From IMG/VR virus record IMGVR_UViG_3300024520_000050, positions 64,001-128,000 of that record: DNA of 64,000 nucleotides. One strand, written 5' to 3'. Position numbers and translations under genes: made by a program. Source of the DNA: a virus. This document shows positions 28,020 to 43,000 of this stretch, in pieces (position 1 is the first letter of the stretch; every line of letters starts with the position of its first letter). The notes under the pieces were generated by a model, which saw nothing but the letters and a program-made list of their open reading frames with translations, was not told the DNA's origin and ran no database searches.

Positions 28020-31000
28020 TTATAAATTACACGGATCTTTCTTAGCTTTTTCTTCTCTAGCTATCCGTATATCATTTGCGTTTGTAGTCATTTTCGACTT
28101 AGTACTTATTAAACTGTGTTGTTCAGTTACTGGTTTAATAGAAGATGATAAACCTGTTGATAACATTATTGTTTCATTAAAAGATTTCGCTTTTTTCAAC
28201 TTGGCTTCTATCTCTTTAGCTTTAGCATTAGAAAGTACCATCTTACTCTGTTGTTTATGTTCCATTATATTCTCTGGTTTTTCAGGAGTAAATAATGGCA
28301 GATTTTTTGGAATAAATTTACCATAACCTTCATTAATTAATGATTCTATCAGATTCCAATCTAACATTTGAGATAGATCTTGTGATTGAGTATCTAATTT
28401 GAAATATTCAGCATTACCTGTTCCCGAATGAGTATCTCTTTCAGCTCTAACTTTTTCAAGTTGTTTCTTAAGTTTAATATTCTTAGGAAGATTATCTCTA
28501 ATCTTAAGTAAATTCACAAGAACAAAATCAGGTGATGATTTTTGTACTTTATTTGTTCCAGTTGCAGAATTTCTAGCAAACGCCCACAAACTTCTAGCAT
28601 TTTTACCATGAAGTTTTAAAGCATCTATGATAGCATGTTTAATATTACTACCATTTATTTGCTTTAAATTAGATAAATCAGAAGTATTCAATGTAAGCAC
28701 TTGGGTTCCTGTAGTTGATTTATTCTTATCGGCAACTGTAATAAATACATCACTACCAATAGCTTCATTTAACACAGTTACTAATTCTTTAAATACTTTA
28801 GTATTTCCTTTAGGACCAAATAAATAACCGTCTTTACTCATATTAGTAAATCTAACATCAAATAATGACTGATCACCTCTTAATTTTCTTTCCATTACTG
28901 ATATTTTACCATACTTTTCTGTATTGAAATTAAAATGTAATCCTTCAGGTCTATTGATCATAATATAATCATTAACCTTTTTAGGGCTTACAAATCCATG
29001 GAAGTTATTACTGACAGTTAAGTCTTTTTCTAAAGCTTTTAATTTATCTTCAGTAATAGTACCTTCATCAATAACAATATTATCCTTTTCTGTAATTACT
29101 AAATCTAATTCTTTCATTTGTAAAGCTATTTCACCAGCATTATCACCATACTTTCTATGTAGTTCATTTTTCATAAAGTTCTTGTAATGATTAGATTTAT
29201 TTTGATTTAAACTTAAATCATAACCCATAAAGAATCTACCATGTCCAACAAACTCACCTACTGCAGGATACATTTTAAGATACACAGCTCTTCCTCCTCT
29301 GCTACCATCATACGGTTTATTAGAAAAACGCATGATTTCATTTCCTTTTCCATCAATTGCTGGAATACCAACAATCCCTACTTTATACATAGTTTGTGTT
29401 TTACTATCAAACTTGTTCTGAAGTAAGAAAGGAAATTTAGCTTTTGGTGAACTAGCAAGTACACTATATCCATAAGTATCATTACCAACTGTTTTAACAT
29501 TTGGTACATATTGTGTATTACGTGATAAGAATTGATACTCAAATTGATTTAATAATTTAACTTGATCATCTTTAGATAATACATCAAAGTCTTCAAATGC
29601 TCTCTTAAGTATAACGCCCATGTCTTCATTAGGTATTAAATTACTAAAGGTAATAGGTGAATTATGATGTATACCTGATTGATTAATAGCAAGTTTAATT
29701 AAATCATTGTATAAATTAGTACCATTCTTCTCGTCAAACTCTTTGATTATGATAAACTCATTTCTCAATTTATTTGCTGTAGTAACATCTATTTTACGAC
29801 TTCTACTTTGAAGAGTAGAAAATTGAGCTAATGATTTTAACTCTGTATTTTTAATAAATTCTTTGTATGATTTATGTGCTTTAAGTGAACTAACTCCTAA
29901 TAACTCTTGAATTACTGCATTGTTTTTCAATTCTTTCAATGCAAGTACACTAGAGTTTTTAGCAACTTTACTAAATTTAGTTTTACTACTTAATAATTCA
30001 AACATAATTTCAGCAAGAGGAGCAGGATCACCATCTTTATTAACATAAGTATTATCTTTATGTTGTATAAATAGTTGATTAAATACAACCTCTGGATTGA
30101 ATTCATTAATTATCTTCTTACCGTTCTCATCAATTCCACGAATATCAGCCATAACAATAGCAGTAGATAGATCGTTATCAATAGTACTTCTCAATTTAGA
30201 TTTCTGATCAGAACTTACCGTTCCAGCACCTTCAATCGTATTGAACAGTTTACGTTTAGCATATGCTATCTTTTCGTTTTGTTCAAAGTAGTATAATTCT
30301 TTATACATCATAACAGCTTTCTCTATTATTTTAGTAGGTTCTGATACGATTGATTCATTCTTAATCTTATCTAGATTAGTAAATCTACCTTTGAAGTCAA
30401 CTAATTCAGCTTCTTCTAAGAAAATCTTGTTATCATCATTATTCTTCTGTGATCCTTTTGTATCAGGACTTGTAGTACGAATCATCATTTGGAAATCTTT
30501 AGATTGTCTTTGATATTCTAAAAACATATCTAAGATATCTATCTGTAATCCTTCATATATATTTTGGTTATCATTAAGGAAACTTAAAGTTTTCATAACA
30601 ACTCCTTCACGCTTAGCAGCATCAAATAAAATATATTCACCTAATCTTTCTGTACTAAACATTTTGTTTTCTTCGAAACGTTTAATTACATTCCAACGCG
30701 ATTTAATTAATTTATCAGCATTACGATCTACAGCATCTACAGCGGCTTTAGCATTAGGTAAATCATCTAATTTAAATGTTCTAAATAATTCATCAATTTC
30801 AGTATCTGCTTTTGCATTAATAGTAGAAATTAAAGCTTTGTATTCAATTGGAACACCTTGAGTAAATTGTTCAAAGTCACTCATTGCTCTTTCAACAACA
30901 TGTTTCTTAGAAACTTCACCACCAAATATCTTATTGAACATAGATTCATTAGCTTTCTGATATCTCAAGTACGTTTTAATAATAGGTTGAGAAATAAATC

Positions 31001-34000
31001 TTGTCACCCATTGTACTTCAGCTCCACCACGAAGTAAATAGAATACCATATTGGCAGTTCTGTTCGTAGCATTAATATCAAAAATATAAGGATCTGCTGC
31101 AATATCCACATAAGCATTCAAGAATGCAGACAATGTTTCAGATATCCATTCACCTTCAGAGTCTCTTTTAGCACTAAAATGTGCTTTACCCTTAAGTTTA
31201 GTATGAGGGAATATCCAACGTGGATCGGCAACATTATATTGTAATCCGGCTGCCATCGCTAATTGATGATGTGTAATATGAACTGCTGTTTGACCTACAC
31301 CTGCTTTACCAGATAAGAAGTAAACAAATTTATCAATATTAACCGATGGATCAACAATGTCAGCTAAAGCTTTATTAGCTCTTTCATCATTGTCTTTTTT
31401 ACCCCATTCCTTTATTTTTGTAAAGTAAATAGGAGCCATCGCTAAAGCAAATTTTAAATTACCTTCATCTGTTAAATTAACTTGTTGTAAATCAACAGGT
31501 TTACCACTGTGTGTGACAGTACCATTTGCATCAACTGCAAGATCACTTCCATCAATGAATTTACCATCCTTAGTAATAATACTTTCAATCACTTCATTAC
31601 GACCTTCAATTAATACTTTAGTAAGTTCATTTCGTCTTTCTTCACTTAAGAACATTTGATCAGTACTTCCTTCTGTTCCACCATACAAATTAGTAACACC
31701 ATTCTTGCTGTTCAATCCTCTAATATCAACTGCTTGATTCTTAGTAATAGTATCATCAACAGGTGCCATTAATTGTCTATAATTGTACGGTAATGACATT
31801 ATATCATTATGTAGATTAACCATCTGATTCTGTAGTCCTTCTTTTCCATTCTGTTCGACAATTGGTAATTTAGAAAAATCATCTTCATTTAAAGCTTGAC
31901 TTTTCTCTTGCTTATAAGTTCTAATAGAACCTTTAATTGCATCTCTGTAATCTTCTCTAACTTCATCCTTCTCTTTATTGATAGCTTCAAATGTTTTACC
32001 TTTGCTTTCTTTAATTGCAGGTAACGCATCTTGCTCCCAACTCCAAGTTTCACTTACTTTCTCATCAATCCATGTAGCAAAATCTTTACCCATAGTATAT
32101 TTGATAATATCATCATAAGTTTCAATTAAAAATTCTAATTTTTCGATTGTTTTTAAAAGTGGAATTGCTACTCCAGCTTCAATCTCTCCTTTAGGATCTT
32201 CAATCAATACACGAATATCTTCAGTAGTATCTTCTGTTACTTGACCTTTGAGTTCATTTAAATATGTAACAGCTAATCCTTTGAATTGAATCGTTTTCTC
32301 AATGAAATCACCCGTATACTCACTATTGGCTTTCTTAAATGTTAATATAAGATTTGTATTTAATGTATTGAATGCTTCAAGTGATGCATCAGCAAATGGT
32401 TTCAAATCCTCTTTAGACTTAGCTTTAAATCCTTTTTCTAATCCAGCTTTATGCTCTTTAAAGTCAGCTTTAATAGTTTTAAAGTTACTTGTATTTACAG
32501 CTTTAGCTTGTTCATCATACGCATCTAAATCTTCAGCACGTTCCTTAGACATATCATCTAAGAAAGATTGAATTTCATCATCTTTAACTAAAGCGATATT
32601 ATCTAAGTATGCATCATGACGTTCACGTATTGTACTATTAGTATCATCCATAAACGTATAAGCTTCAGGAGCAGACCAGAAAGTACCTAAATATCTAGGC
32701 TTCTTATAATCCATTAGATATAGATTTAACTTATCAATATCATAATCCGAACCAGCCTTAGCAACCATTTCAGTTGGTACAACAATTGTATCACCTGCAG
32801 TTGTTGGTAAGAATCTCTGTACACGCATGAACTCATTTGAGTTTAATGCCTGATTAGGAATACGGAAACCAATAACAGTAATTAATGATTTAACTTTAGT
32901 AGCTAACTCATCTAATTCTTCATTAGAACCCTCTAATTCGATACGATCTAACAAAGGATGTAATTCCTCAGCTAAATATTTATTAAGTCCATCTAATCCA
33001 CCTTTACCATTAATTCCAAATTGCTCATCAGCCCAACCAATTAAATCAGCAGGTAATGCTAACATGCAATGTGCAGGTAATGTTATATTATTTGCACCTC
33101 TTTCATAATGACGTAAATCAGGACTAGAAAAATGCATTCCATCTTTACCTTCACGTTTAAACTCAGTACCGTCACTCTTCTCTATTTTTTCAAATAAAGT
33201 AGATGCAACTTGTGGAGAACCTTCACCTTTACGTTTCTCTTTAATAACACGAGAGTTAATAATAGCAAATAATACATTCTCAACTTTCTCTTTAGCTAAT
33301 ACGTGTTCAATATAAGTAGAATCCTCTTCCAAAGAAGCAATTGAATTCTTTACATTATCAGACATATTTCTATCCTTAGCCATTTCTAAAGCTACATTAA
33401 CTAAACTTGTTCTATTACCTATATGATATCCAACAATGTTTCCATTTTCAGTACCGTCGTGAGTAATAGGACTTAATTCAAGTTCCTTAATTAACTTATC
33501 AAAAGGACGTTTGTATAATTCAACTTGTATATCCTGATATTGTTTATATAATCCGTACATTGGAGAAGCTTCATACTGCTGTTCGGGGGTTAAATTATCC
33601 CAATTAGCTTTTACTTCTTCCCAATTATCACGAGCTGCATCTTCAATTTGTTCAATAGGTAATCCTCGATATGCATTCCCTTCTTTCAGTAATTGTATTT
33701 GATTCTCCATGTAATCAACTGGTACACCAGCTTCAATCATATTAGAAAGAATTAACTTTCTAAACTGAGTCGATGCTGTAATCTTACCTTTCATACTTGG
33801 AGATTGATCTAACTGTACACCAAAGTATTGGTATGATGTAGTTTGTGTAAGTACTTCGTCTACATTTAATGCAAATTCACCATTTTCATTATATAATGTA
33901 TTACTCTTTCCATCTTCTTTCAACTTTCTACCAAACTTATTAGCAGTAGTAAACTGAGCTAAAGTAACTCCTTTCTGTTGCATTATGTCATTTAACTTAG

Positions 34001-37000
34001 ATAAGTTAGTATCTTTAATCAACTGTGGAATTAATGGAAATACAGAGTGCTTATAACCTGTAGGTACAAATAAATTAGTGTCTTCATTTACTTCAGTTAC
34101 TTTAGAACCACTTGACTGATTAGAACTTTCGTTTAATGCCATAGGTCCTGTGTATTGAGTTTTAAGTACTCTAAATAAGAATAACTCTTTATCAGATAAT
34201 TCTTTACCTTGTATAATTTTATTATATGCTGCTTGATGCTTAGGTTTCCAATCTCCTGCTTTAAGTAGGATTTCTTTATACCCAGCCATTGTAGTATACG
34301 CTTGTGCATCTGCTTCTTCCATTTTTAAATATGGTTTCAAATAAGATGCAACCTTATCTTGTATTTTATCCTTTGATAATCCATCTTCTAAAAATGATTC
34401 AGAGAATGCTTTTCTCAATTTAGATACTTGTGGATAATTAGTAATATTACCAGCTGCATCTTTTTCAATATTGTCTTTGGATGCATCTAATGAGTTTCCA
34501 TCTTTATCTAAATAAGTAATAACACCATTTTTGATTTCAATATCAGCAACTTGATCTTTAGCTAAGTAAGACATTGTCAATACTTCTTCTAATATCATAG
34601 ATTTAAATGTACCATCATAGCGTTCTCCACTTAAAATATAATCTGGATTAAATCCAAGTAGAGGCTGTATTGTAATATCATCAATGTTCTTATCAGCTCC
34701 GATAAGAGCTTGTAATGCATCTCGTCTAGTTTTATCTAATGCTTTTGATAGAACATATTCATTGTTTATTAAAGCTTGTAATTCAGTAATATTTAAACTT
34801 TCAAAGTTAATAGTTCCATTTTCATCTTTAAGCACTACACCATTAGTTTCATTCAATACTTCATCAACTACTTTATCCATAACAGAAATCTTCTTAGTAG
34901 AATTCATCATTGACATTCTCTTAAAGAATGCATCTGAATTCTTATACATAGCAGGATCTCCTACAAATAATTTAGATTGTTCAATGTATGCACCAGTTTG
35001 AATCATATTGAAATCATATAACATTTCAGTTAATGCTGCTTCATTAAGTGCATCAATATCAACGTTTCCATCTTTATCTGTGAAATATTGAGTTGACTGT
35101 TTATCAATATATTCACCTAATAAATTAGATGGAATACCTGTAAATACCATATGAGAAGCGTTATCTTTAAATACTTCAGAAGGTTTATTTGTAACTTTAT
35201 TCCATTGCTTTTTAGTTTTAAAACTATCAGGAATAAGTCCTAATAAACCTTCTTCTCTAATTGTCTCTTTTACCTTTTTAGCTTTAGCATAAAAGAATTT
35301 ATCAAGACCATCATTAAAGTCATTTATATGTAAATCAAGATGTGCTTTAATATCAGCTAATGATTTACCAGCTTTAACCTTAGCTTTGATAGAACGTTTC
35401 ATATCTTCAGAAATCTTACTATCTGAAAAGAATCTAAAGTCACTACCTTTTTCACTGTTTCTAGAATCCTTACCATAAAATTGTAAATCTTGACCAACAC
35501 CAAGTTCATATTGAACCATGGCATTAATTTCATCTAATAGATAACCATAGTATGCTTTCTTAGCATTATCTCTGGTTCCCGGTCCTGCTTCAGTATAAAG
35601 CTTTTTAACTGCTTTAGTTTTACTATCTCTAAATACAAATGAATTCTCTGTACCACGATCTGCAGCTCTAAAGAATGTATAGTATCCTTGCATAGTTGAA
35701 CTAATCATCATTGACCACTTATCAGGAGAATCTAATTCTTTGTTTACAATACCATCTCTGATACCTTGAGCTATAAGTCCATTAAACATTCCTACTTCAA
35801 TAGTAGTATTACCTTCTTCTAGCCAATTTCTTACTACTGAATTCTTAGTAAATACATTGAATAAATGAGGTACTTCTGTACGAAGATCTTGATTAGGATC
35901 AGCAACAGCACTATTAATTCTATTAGTAGCTATTGATAAGAAATGATTTAAAGTAGCAGCATAAATTGTTTTCCCATCAACACTCATATGTTGATTATCC
36001 ACAACTTGATTAGTTACATCAGCAGTATATTCAGCTAATGATTTCATAGTAGCATCAATAGTTCTATCAGTAAATAAAGAATAGAATGGATCATCTGCAT
36101 TTTTCTCTAATGCTTGAGCTATACTATCTTTATCAAGTAATAATTTAAAGATGCTACTTTGTCCATTCTTTGCCATGATTAAATTATTAATATCAGATAT
36201 ACTATTAACTTTCTTAATCTCAATACCCACCGTAGCTAATGCTGTACGTAAGCGTTTAAATGCTTTTTCCTTAGCTTTATTTTCATTAGGTGCATTATGT
36301 GCTCCAGTATAAATATTTTCTGCATCACTTACAAGTCCAATAAATGCTTTTGCAACAACGGGATCCAAAGCTTTAACATCAATTGTTTTATCTTCTTCAG
36401 TAACAACTGACTTATCAACTAATGCATCATTGAAAGATTCTTCCCATCCACTTAATATTTTATCAGATGTTTTATATCTATTAGCATCAATATATTTAAT
36501 TTTACCTTCTCTATCCATTCTCGCAAGTAAAAACTTAGGAGAGAATTTAGAAAATGTTTGAATAAATTGATTTAATATATTTAATTCATCTAATGTAATG
36601 TCAGTATTTGCACTACCGTCAGCATTCATTATCTTACGTAAGATGCTATCTTTACCAACTAATGAACGTAAAGTAGAACCTGTAGTATATTGACCTTCAG
36701 CTTGCATTACTTCTGTTAAAGCAGACATGATTTTATCTCTATCACCTGGTGTATTAGATAATTTCTTAACTAATAAGTTATAGATATCATTGAATTCATT
36801 AGGTGAGGGTAATCCTAAATAACTAGTTACATTTTCATATACTTCTTTGTTATTTTTAGATTTCTGTTGATTTTTGATTTGATTACTTAAACTAGCAATC
36901 AATAATTTAATTGCAGGCGGAACAGAATCCTTTTGATTACGTTCTGTTGAATTATCAAAGAATGCTTTATCTTTAACTGCATGAATTTCATCATCCATCA

Positions 37001-40000
37001 TTGCATCATCAATAGCATCTTCAGAGAATTTAAATCCTAAATTATTTATTTGATTAGTATGCATACGAACAAGTTCATTGAATCTCTGAGCTGTATCTTT
37101 ATCTAAATTACCTTTTGTATTAGTAAGAAAGAAATTATTATACAAATTATTAATAGCTTCTATTTGTGCATCAATATCTGCTTTCTTAGTTTTAGTTCCC
37201 CTTAAATAACGACGGATCATATCTTGTACAACTAAATTCCCTCCAGTTCTATTAGCATATTGCCAGCGTCCTTTTGCAGGTCTACCTTTGCGTTCCCATG
37301 AACCAATTAAATCATGCATTCCTTTTACATACTTATGCATCTTTGTTCTTATACTATTATATATCTCATCGGTCACGAGTTTATTTGCAAAGAATGCATC
37401 TGCATCTTCACTGTTACGGAATAAATCGAATAAAAAATGTGTCATACCTCCCATGATAGATGATAACTCAACTTGTGAGATATCAATACCATTAAAGTGG
37501 TAAGTTGACGTTAACTGCTTATTAACTTTTGACATTTGTTGTTGTTTAGACGGTTTAAAATTATTTTCAATCGTATCAACTAGCATGATCAATGTATCTT
37601 TGTAGCCATCTAATGATGAGTCTATATCGGATTCACTTTGATCAAGTAAATTTTTAATAAATGTATTCTGTCCTTGTTTTAATTCTGTAGGTGTAAGTTG
37701 ACTTACTTCTTTGCCATTGAACATTACATCTATGTGAGTTTCAAAAAGAGGTTCATTTTGTAACTCATCCATAAATTTCATATACTCTGTAGGTGCAAGT
37801 ATTCCAGCTAATAACTGAGAATACTCCTCTTTATTCATATGTGCTTGAGCATCATCTTTACTAATATTTAATTTATCAGTAATAACATAAGTACCCATTA
37901 AACTGTATTGATCATCTTCATCAAATCCTTCTTCAAATTTAGCTTTCAAATCATCAGAACTCATAGATAACATTTCTTTGTATTCAGCATCACTTATTTC
38001 ACCAGATAATTGATCACTAATACTATCAGTGAATTCATTTGGCTCTGGCCACCAACTTAGAGATTCTAATTTATCCCATAGTTGATCAGTTAATGGTTGA
38101 TTAGGATCGATTTTAACAGCTTTCTTTTCTACTTTGATAGTAGGAGCTACCTCTCCTGGTTTAACTTCATCAGAAGGCGTTATTATAGGTTTAGTAACTA
38201 CTGTAGTAGGTTTACTTGAATATATAACATCTCCTTTAATATCTTGAAGTATACCAACTTTATTCTCACGGAAATGAGCAGCTCCAACCTCAAGTACTTC
38301 TTCAAGTACATTACCTTTAATCAAATCAATATTTAAACTCTTAAGTATATTACTTACGATATCAATAAATTCTTGGAATATATTTTTAATACCACGTTTA
38401 GTTTTCATACCTAATTCTTTAACAGAAACACTGTTTAAGAATGTTTGCCAATCAGTACTATTCATAGTATTAGCAAAGAATTCATTCATTGAGTTCTTTT
38501 CTGTTAAACCTAATGTTGTCATTAACTTATCTACATCTCCACCCGAAGTTTGCAATGCATCTGTAAATTGTCCTTGTGTAGTTGAAGTTGAATTAAACAT
38601 CCAATACGCTAATGAACTAATTGGTTTACCATTAATTTCAGATGTATGATTTAATATAGCATTATCTTTACCTGTTGTAGCTAACCATGTAACTAGTTTA
38701 TTTCTAATATCAGTTAAACGTGCTTTATGACCTTGGAGATCTTTATTACCATCTACATCAATTCTATGAATTAATTCATGTGCAATAATAGGGGCTAATT
38801 TATCAGCAGTTACATTACTACGAATTAAAGCACCTAAAGCAAGTTCAATAGCAGTATCTGCATCATCTCCTGTCTTAGAATTAGCAAGTTTAGCATTACG
38901 CCATAAATGCGGAGTATATTTAATTTTTAATCCAATATCTGATAGTTTTAATACAGACATAATTAACTTTACATGGGTTGGATCTGTAATACTAGCATTT
39001 GGATTTACAGCTTCTCCTGGAATTTGAATTAAACTAGCTATATTAGTATTCTCCGCTGGAGTAAAAGTAAGATTCACATTCGGAGAACCACCTACACTAT
39101 CAGATATTAATGAGAATACATTAGCGTCTTTACTATTTGAGTTTCTTCCAACACTTAAAGTTGTTCCAAACTCTTTAGCATTTCCACTTGTTAAATATGG
39201 TAAATACTTAGTTAAAAACTCAGTATTCATTTTTAAAGTATTGATTGTTTTTTCAATACTTTCTCTATTATCGTCAGTTATTTGAGACTGCATATGAGGA
39301 AATACTATAGTCATATAATCTTGTATACTCTTAATAGTACCACCAAACGTAGCACCTCTACTTTCATTATGTAATGTACTTCCTGAAATAATTTCTGTTT
39401 CGGTACTAATATCAGGGAAGTATTTTTTAGCACTATCTATTTGATCTTCTTCTATTAATGTAAGTTCTCCTTTTTTATTAACTAAGTAAAAGTCAGTATA
39501 TAATATGTCTGCTATTGTCATTTCTTGCATGACTATCATACCTTCTTTTGCTGCGACAGCAGTTATTTGAGTATGCCACTGTAATGGTTTTTTACTTACT
39601 TCTCCTCCTGAAACTGCAGTATCTTCACGATAGTTATTTGCAAATACTATTTTATCACCTGGTTTTAATACAGGAATTTCAGTATTAACTATTTTAGCTA
39701 ATGTAGTTGGTTTTTTTGACGCAACAATAACAGGTTTGACAACATCAAATTTTAAATCACTAATATTATTAGATGTAAGAAGTTCTCCATTAAATGCTAA
39801 GTCACCATCTATTGCAGTAAGTTCACCTTTAATATTACCTCTCATTACTTTCTGTCCAAGTTGAAGAGTTTTACCATTTACCTTTAATACATCAGCTGTA
39901 ATAACTCCACCATTTTCATCTTGTAATGAAGGTTTAAGTGACATGTATTTACCAACTACAGAAGTTTTAACACCTATCTTACTTAATTCATCTGGATTAA

Positions 40001-43000
40001 GTACATTAGATTTTAAGATCTGTTTCATGTATTCATTGTAACTATCGTATTTTCTAACTACAATTTCTTTAGTTGTAGCATCAATTTCTGGATGATAATA
40101 TTCATTCTTAGCAACATCTTCTTTAACTAATTGAAAATGAACGTGTTTACGTTTTTCTTTTAACATTTCAATCAATCTAGGTACTCCCCAATTACCATGT
40201 GTATCTGAGATTTTTTGCCCAGCAAGATATTCTACTAATGAACTTATTGGGAAAAAAGGTGCATTTGGAACTCTTCCGTCAGCTTTATCTTTTATATATT
40301 GTTTATCAGCAAAATGGATCTTACCACTTTTGATCCATATCATAAATGGTGTAACTGGATTGTCTTTACTTGGTCCACCCCAATTTAATACTTTATTCAA
40401 CAGACCAATATTTGATAGATCTTTACCATGAGTAACTAAATTCATAGATATTTTCTCAGTAGTCCCAACTACATTGAACTCACCTGTTTTATTAAACTCA
40501 CCTTTTCCTTTTGGAACTATATGTGTGATTAAACGCAATACAGTTTCAATATCACTTGATTTTTTTACACTGCTTTTAGGATCAACATAAGTCAATTTAC
40601 CAGATTGAGTAGGTGTTAAACTACCATCTTTACTCTTAATATAAGGTACACCAGATACAACTGTACGATCAGAACCATTTACTTGAATTATAGCAGTACC
40701 TTTAGAAGTTTCACTTCTTACTACTCCATCAAATGTATCTTCACTAAATAGATGTTCTACTGATCTAAATTCTTTACCATCATCAGGTTTACGTTTAAGC
40801 ATATCACCTTCCGATACATTACCAATTTCAGTAAATGCCTTCTTGCCAGAATTTATATGATCAACTATTAGTTTGCGATAATCTTGCATATCCTGCATGA
40901 TTTGCTCTCTAACAGCCTTTATTAAATCAACAACAGGTTCAGCTGCTTTATCTGTACTATTCGTTGTATGATATACTTTATCACCAAATATAACAGTGTC
41001 TCCGAATTGACCTAATTTAGTATAACCTTCGTAATTACTTTCTTGTAATTTATTTACAATCATATTCTCACCCATTACTAAACTGAATCCAGATTTAGTA
41101 GAATCATCTTTTCTGATATTAGGTATTGTACTAAATACTAAATTATAATCAACTGCTTTATCTCCTTCAAGCCCATACTTTAAGTCACCGTCTTTATTCA
41201 TATAAACACGCTCGCCTTTATTATTAACAACTACAGCATAAATACCAGGATTATCAATATCAGCTTGTAGTGCTTCTTTATCACCTACATAACTCTTATT
41301 ATGTAATTCTTTCTCTCCTGTTTTTGGATCAATTTGAACTATTGGTAACTTATTCATAGAATCATTCTCATCACGAACTATTCTAGGATCATTTTCTGTA
41401 ACACCAGGTTTACTTAATTGAACATATTCAACTTTGAAATTATTCTTAAGATCTTTCTTATTATCAATATATTTATTCATGAATTCCATATGATGTAAGT
41501 CATGCGGATTCTGTGTCATCAATGGCAAACCATCTGCGGTATATTTTCTAACATTGTTAGTTTTATCATAAGTAATATGGCGAGGTACTGTAGAATAAGG
41601 TGTTATTTTACCTCTAGTCCAACTAGATAATTCTTCAACTTTCTTACCAACATCTCCTTCAATCATGTTGCCATCTAGACCCATTTCTTCATCTAACTTC
41701 TTATATGCAGTTTGTTCTTTGGTATCAGTAGTTTTTTCAGCTTCATCCAATGTAGTACTTAATTCTGGATTATCAAAATTAAATATAGCAGTCACAATCT
41801 CTTTAGAATTCTCTAAACTTTTTTGCGCATCTTCTAGTCTACGTAAATCATTTTCTTGTGCTTCACGAATATCTAAAAGTACACCTAATCGTGAATCTTC
41901 TAATTCTATTATATCAACTTCAGTTAAAGTATCTAAGTCATTTAGATCACTTTCCCACATCTTAGCAACTAAATCTGAATATTGTTCATAACCAGTAAAT
42001 TGCTCAATTATTTTTTTACGTTTTTCAAAAGTTTCAGGAGACATTCCTGGATCTTCAGTTTTTAATGCAGCTATTAATTCCTTCTGTAATTTAATAGACT
42101 TATCTAATTTAGCTAACTCTAATACATTGGTTTCATAATGATTAGTGAATTTTGCTATTTCAGCTTCTATATCTTTAAGTAATTTATTATTACTATTATT
42201 ATCAATACTATCACTAATATAACTGATCATATCATTCATAGTACTTAACTCTGATTCTTGCTGGAACTCATTAGAATTTTCAGCTAGTGCATGTTTATAC
42301 TCATTCAACTCATGTCTTTCAGTTTCTAATTTAGTTATCTCTTCAGCTAAATCATTTAACTTGGTAAATAAGTTATGATGAGTATTCTGGTGATCTGACA
42401 TAATTTTATCAGCATTATCAGATAAAGTAGTTAAATTATTATAATGATCTACTTGATTACCTTTAAGCTTCTTATCTATTCTACTAAGTAAACGAATAGT
42501 ACCATTATGTGTATCTTTTAATTCTTTAACTTTGAATTTAACACTTTGCATTTTTTGCTCAGCATCGCCTAGGAATGCTTTAATTACTTCCTTATCAGCT
42601 TTATCTTTTATAATAGAATCCTTAGTAAATTGAATTGCACTATTGATTTGTTCAAGAGTCATATCACTAGCATAATCCATCTTAGTTAAGACCTTATCAT
42701 TTTGGTCATGTAACTTATTGAATGCGGCCAACTCATCAATCATTATAGATAAATTAATACCCATATCTTGTGATATTGCACCACTTTCGGCCATGTTCTC
42801 GATTATATCAAGTATTGCATCGGCATCAATTTTACCGTCTACATACAGGATGTCAGCTATTTTATCGAGGTATTCTTGAAGTGCGTCGTTATCATTCTTG
42901 AATTTATATTTTCCTATTTGTTCAAGTTTATCCATAATGGCATCACGCAGTTCAGACATATTACTTATATTCCTCTGATATTGCTTACTATTTAATAATC

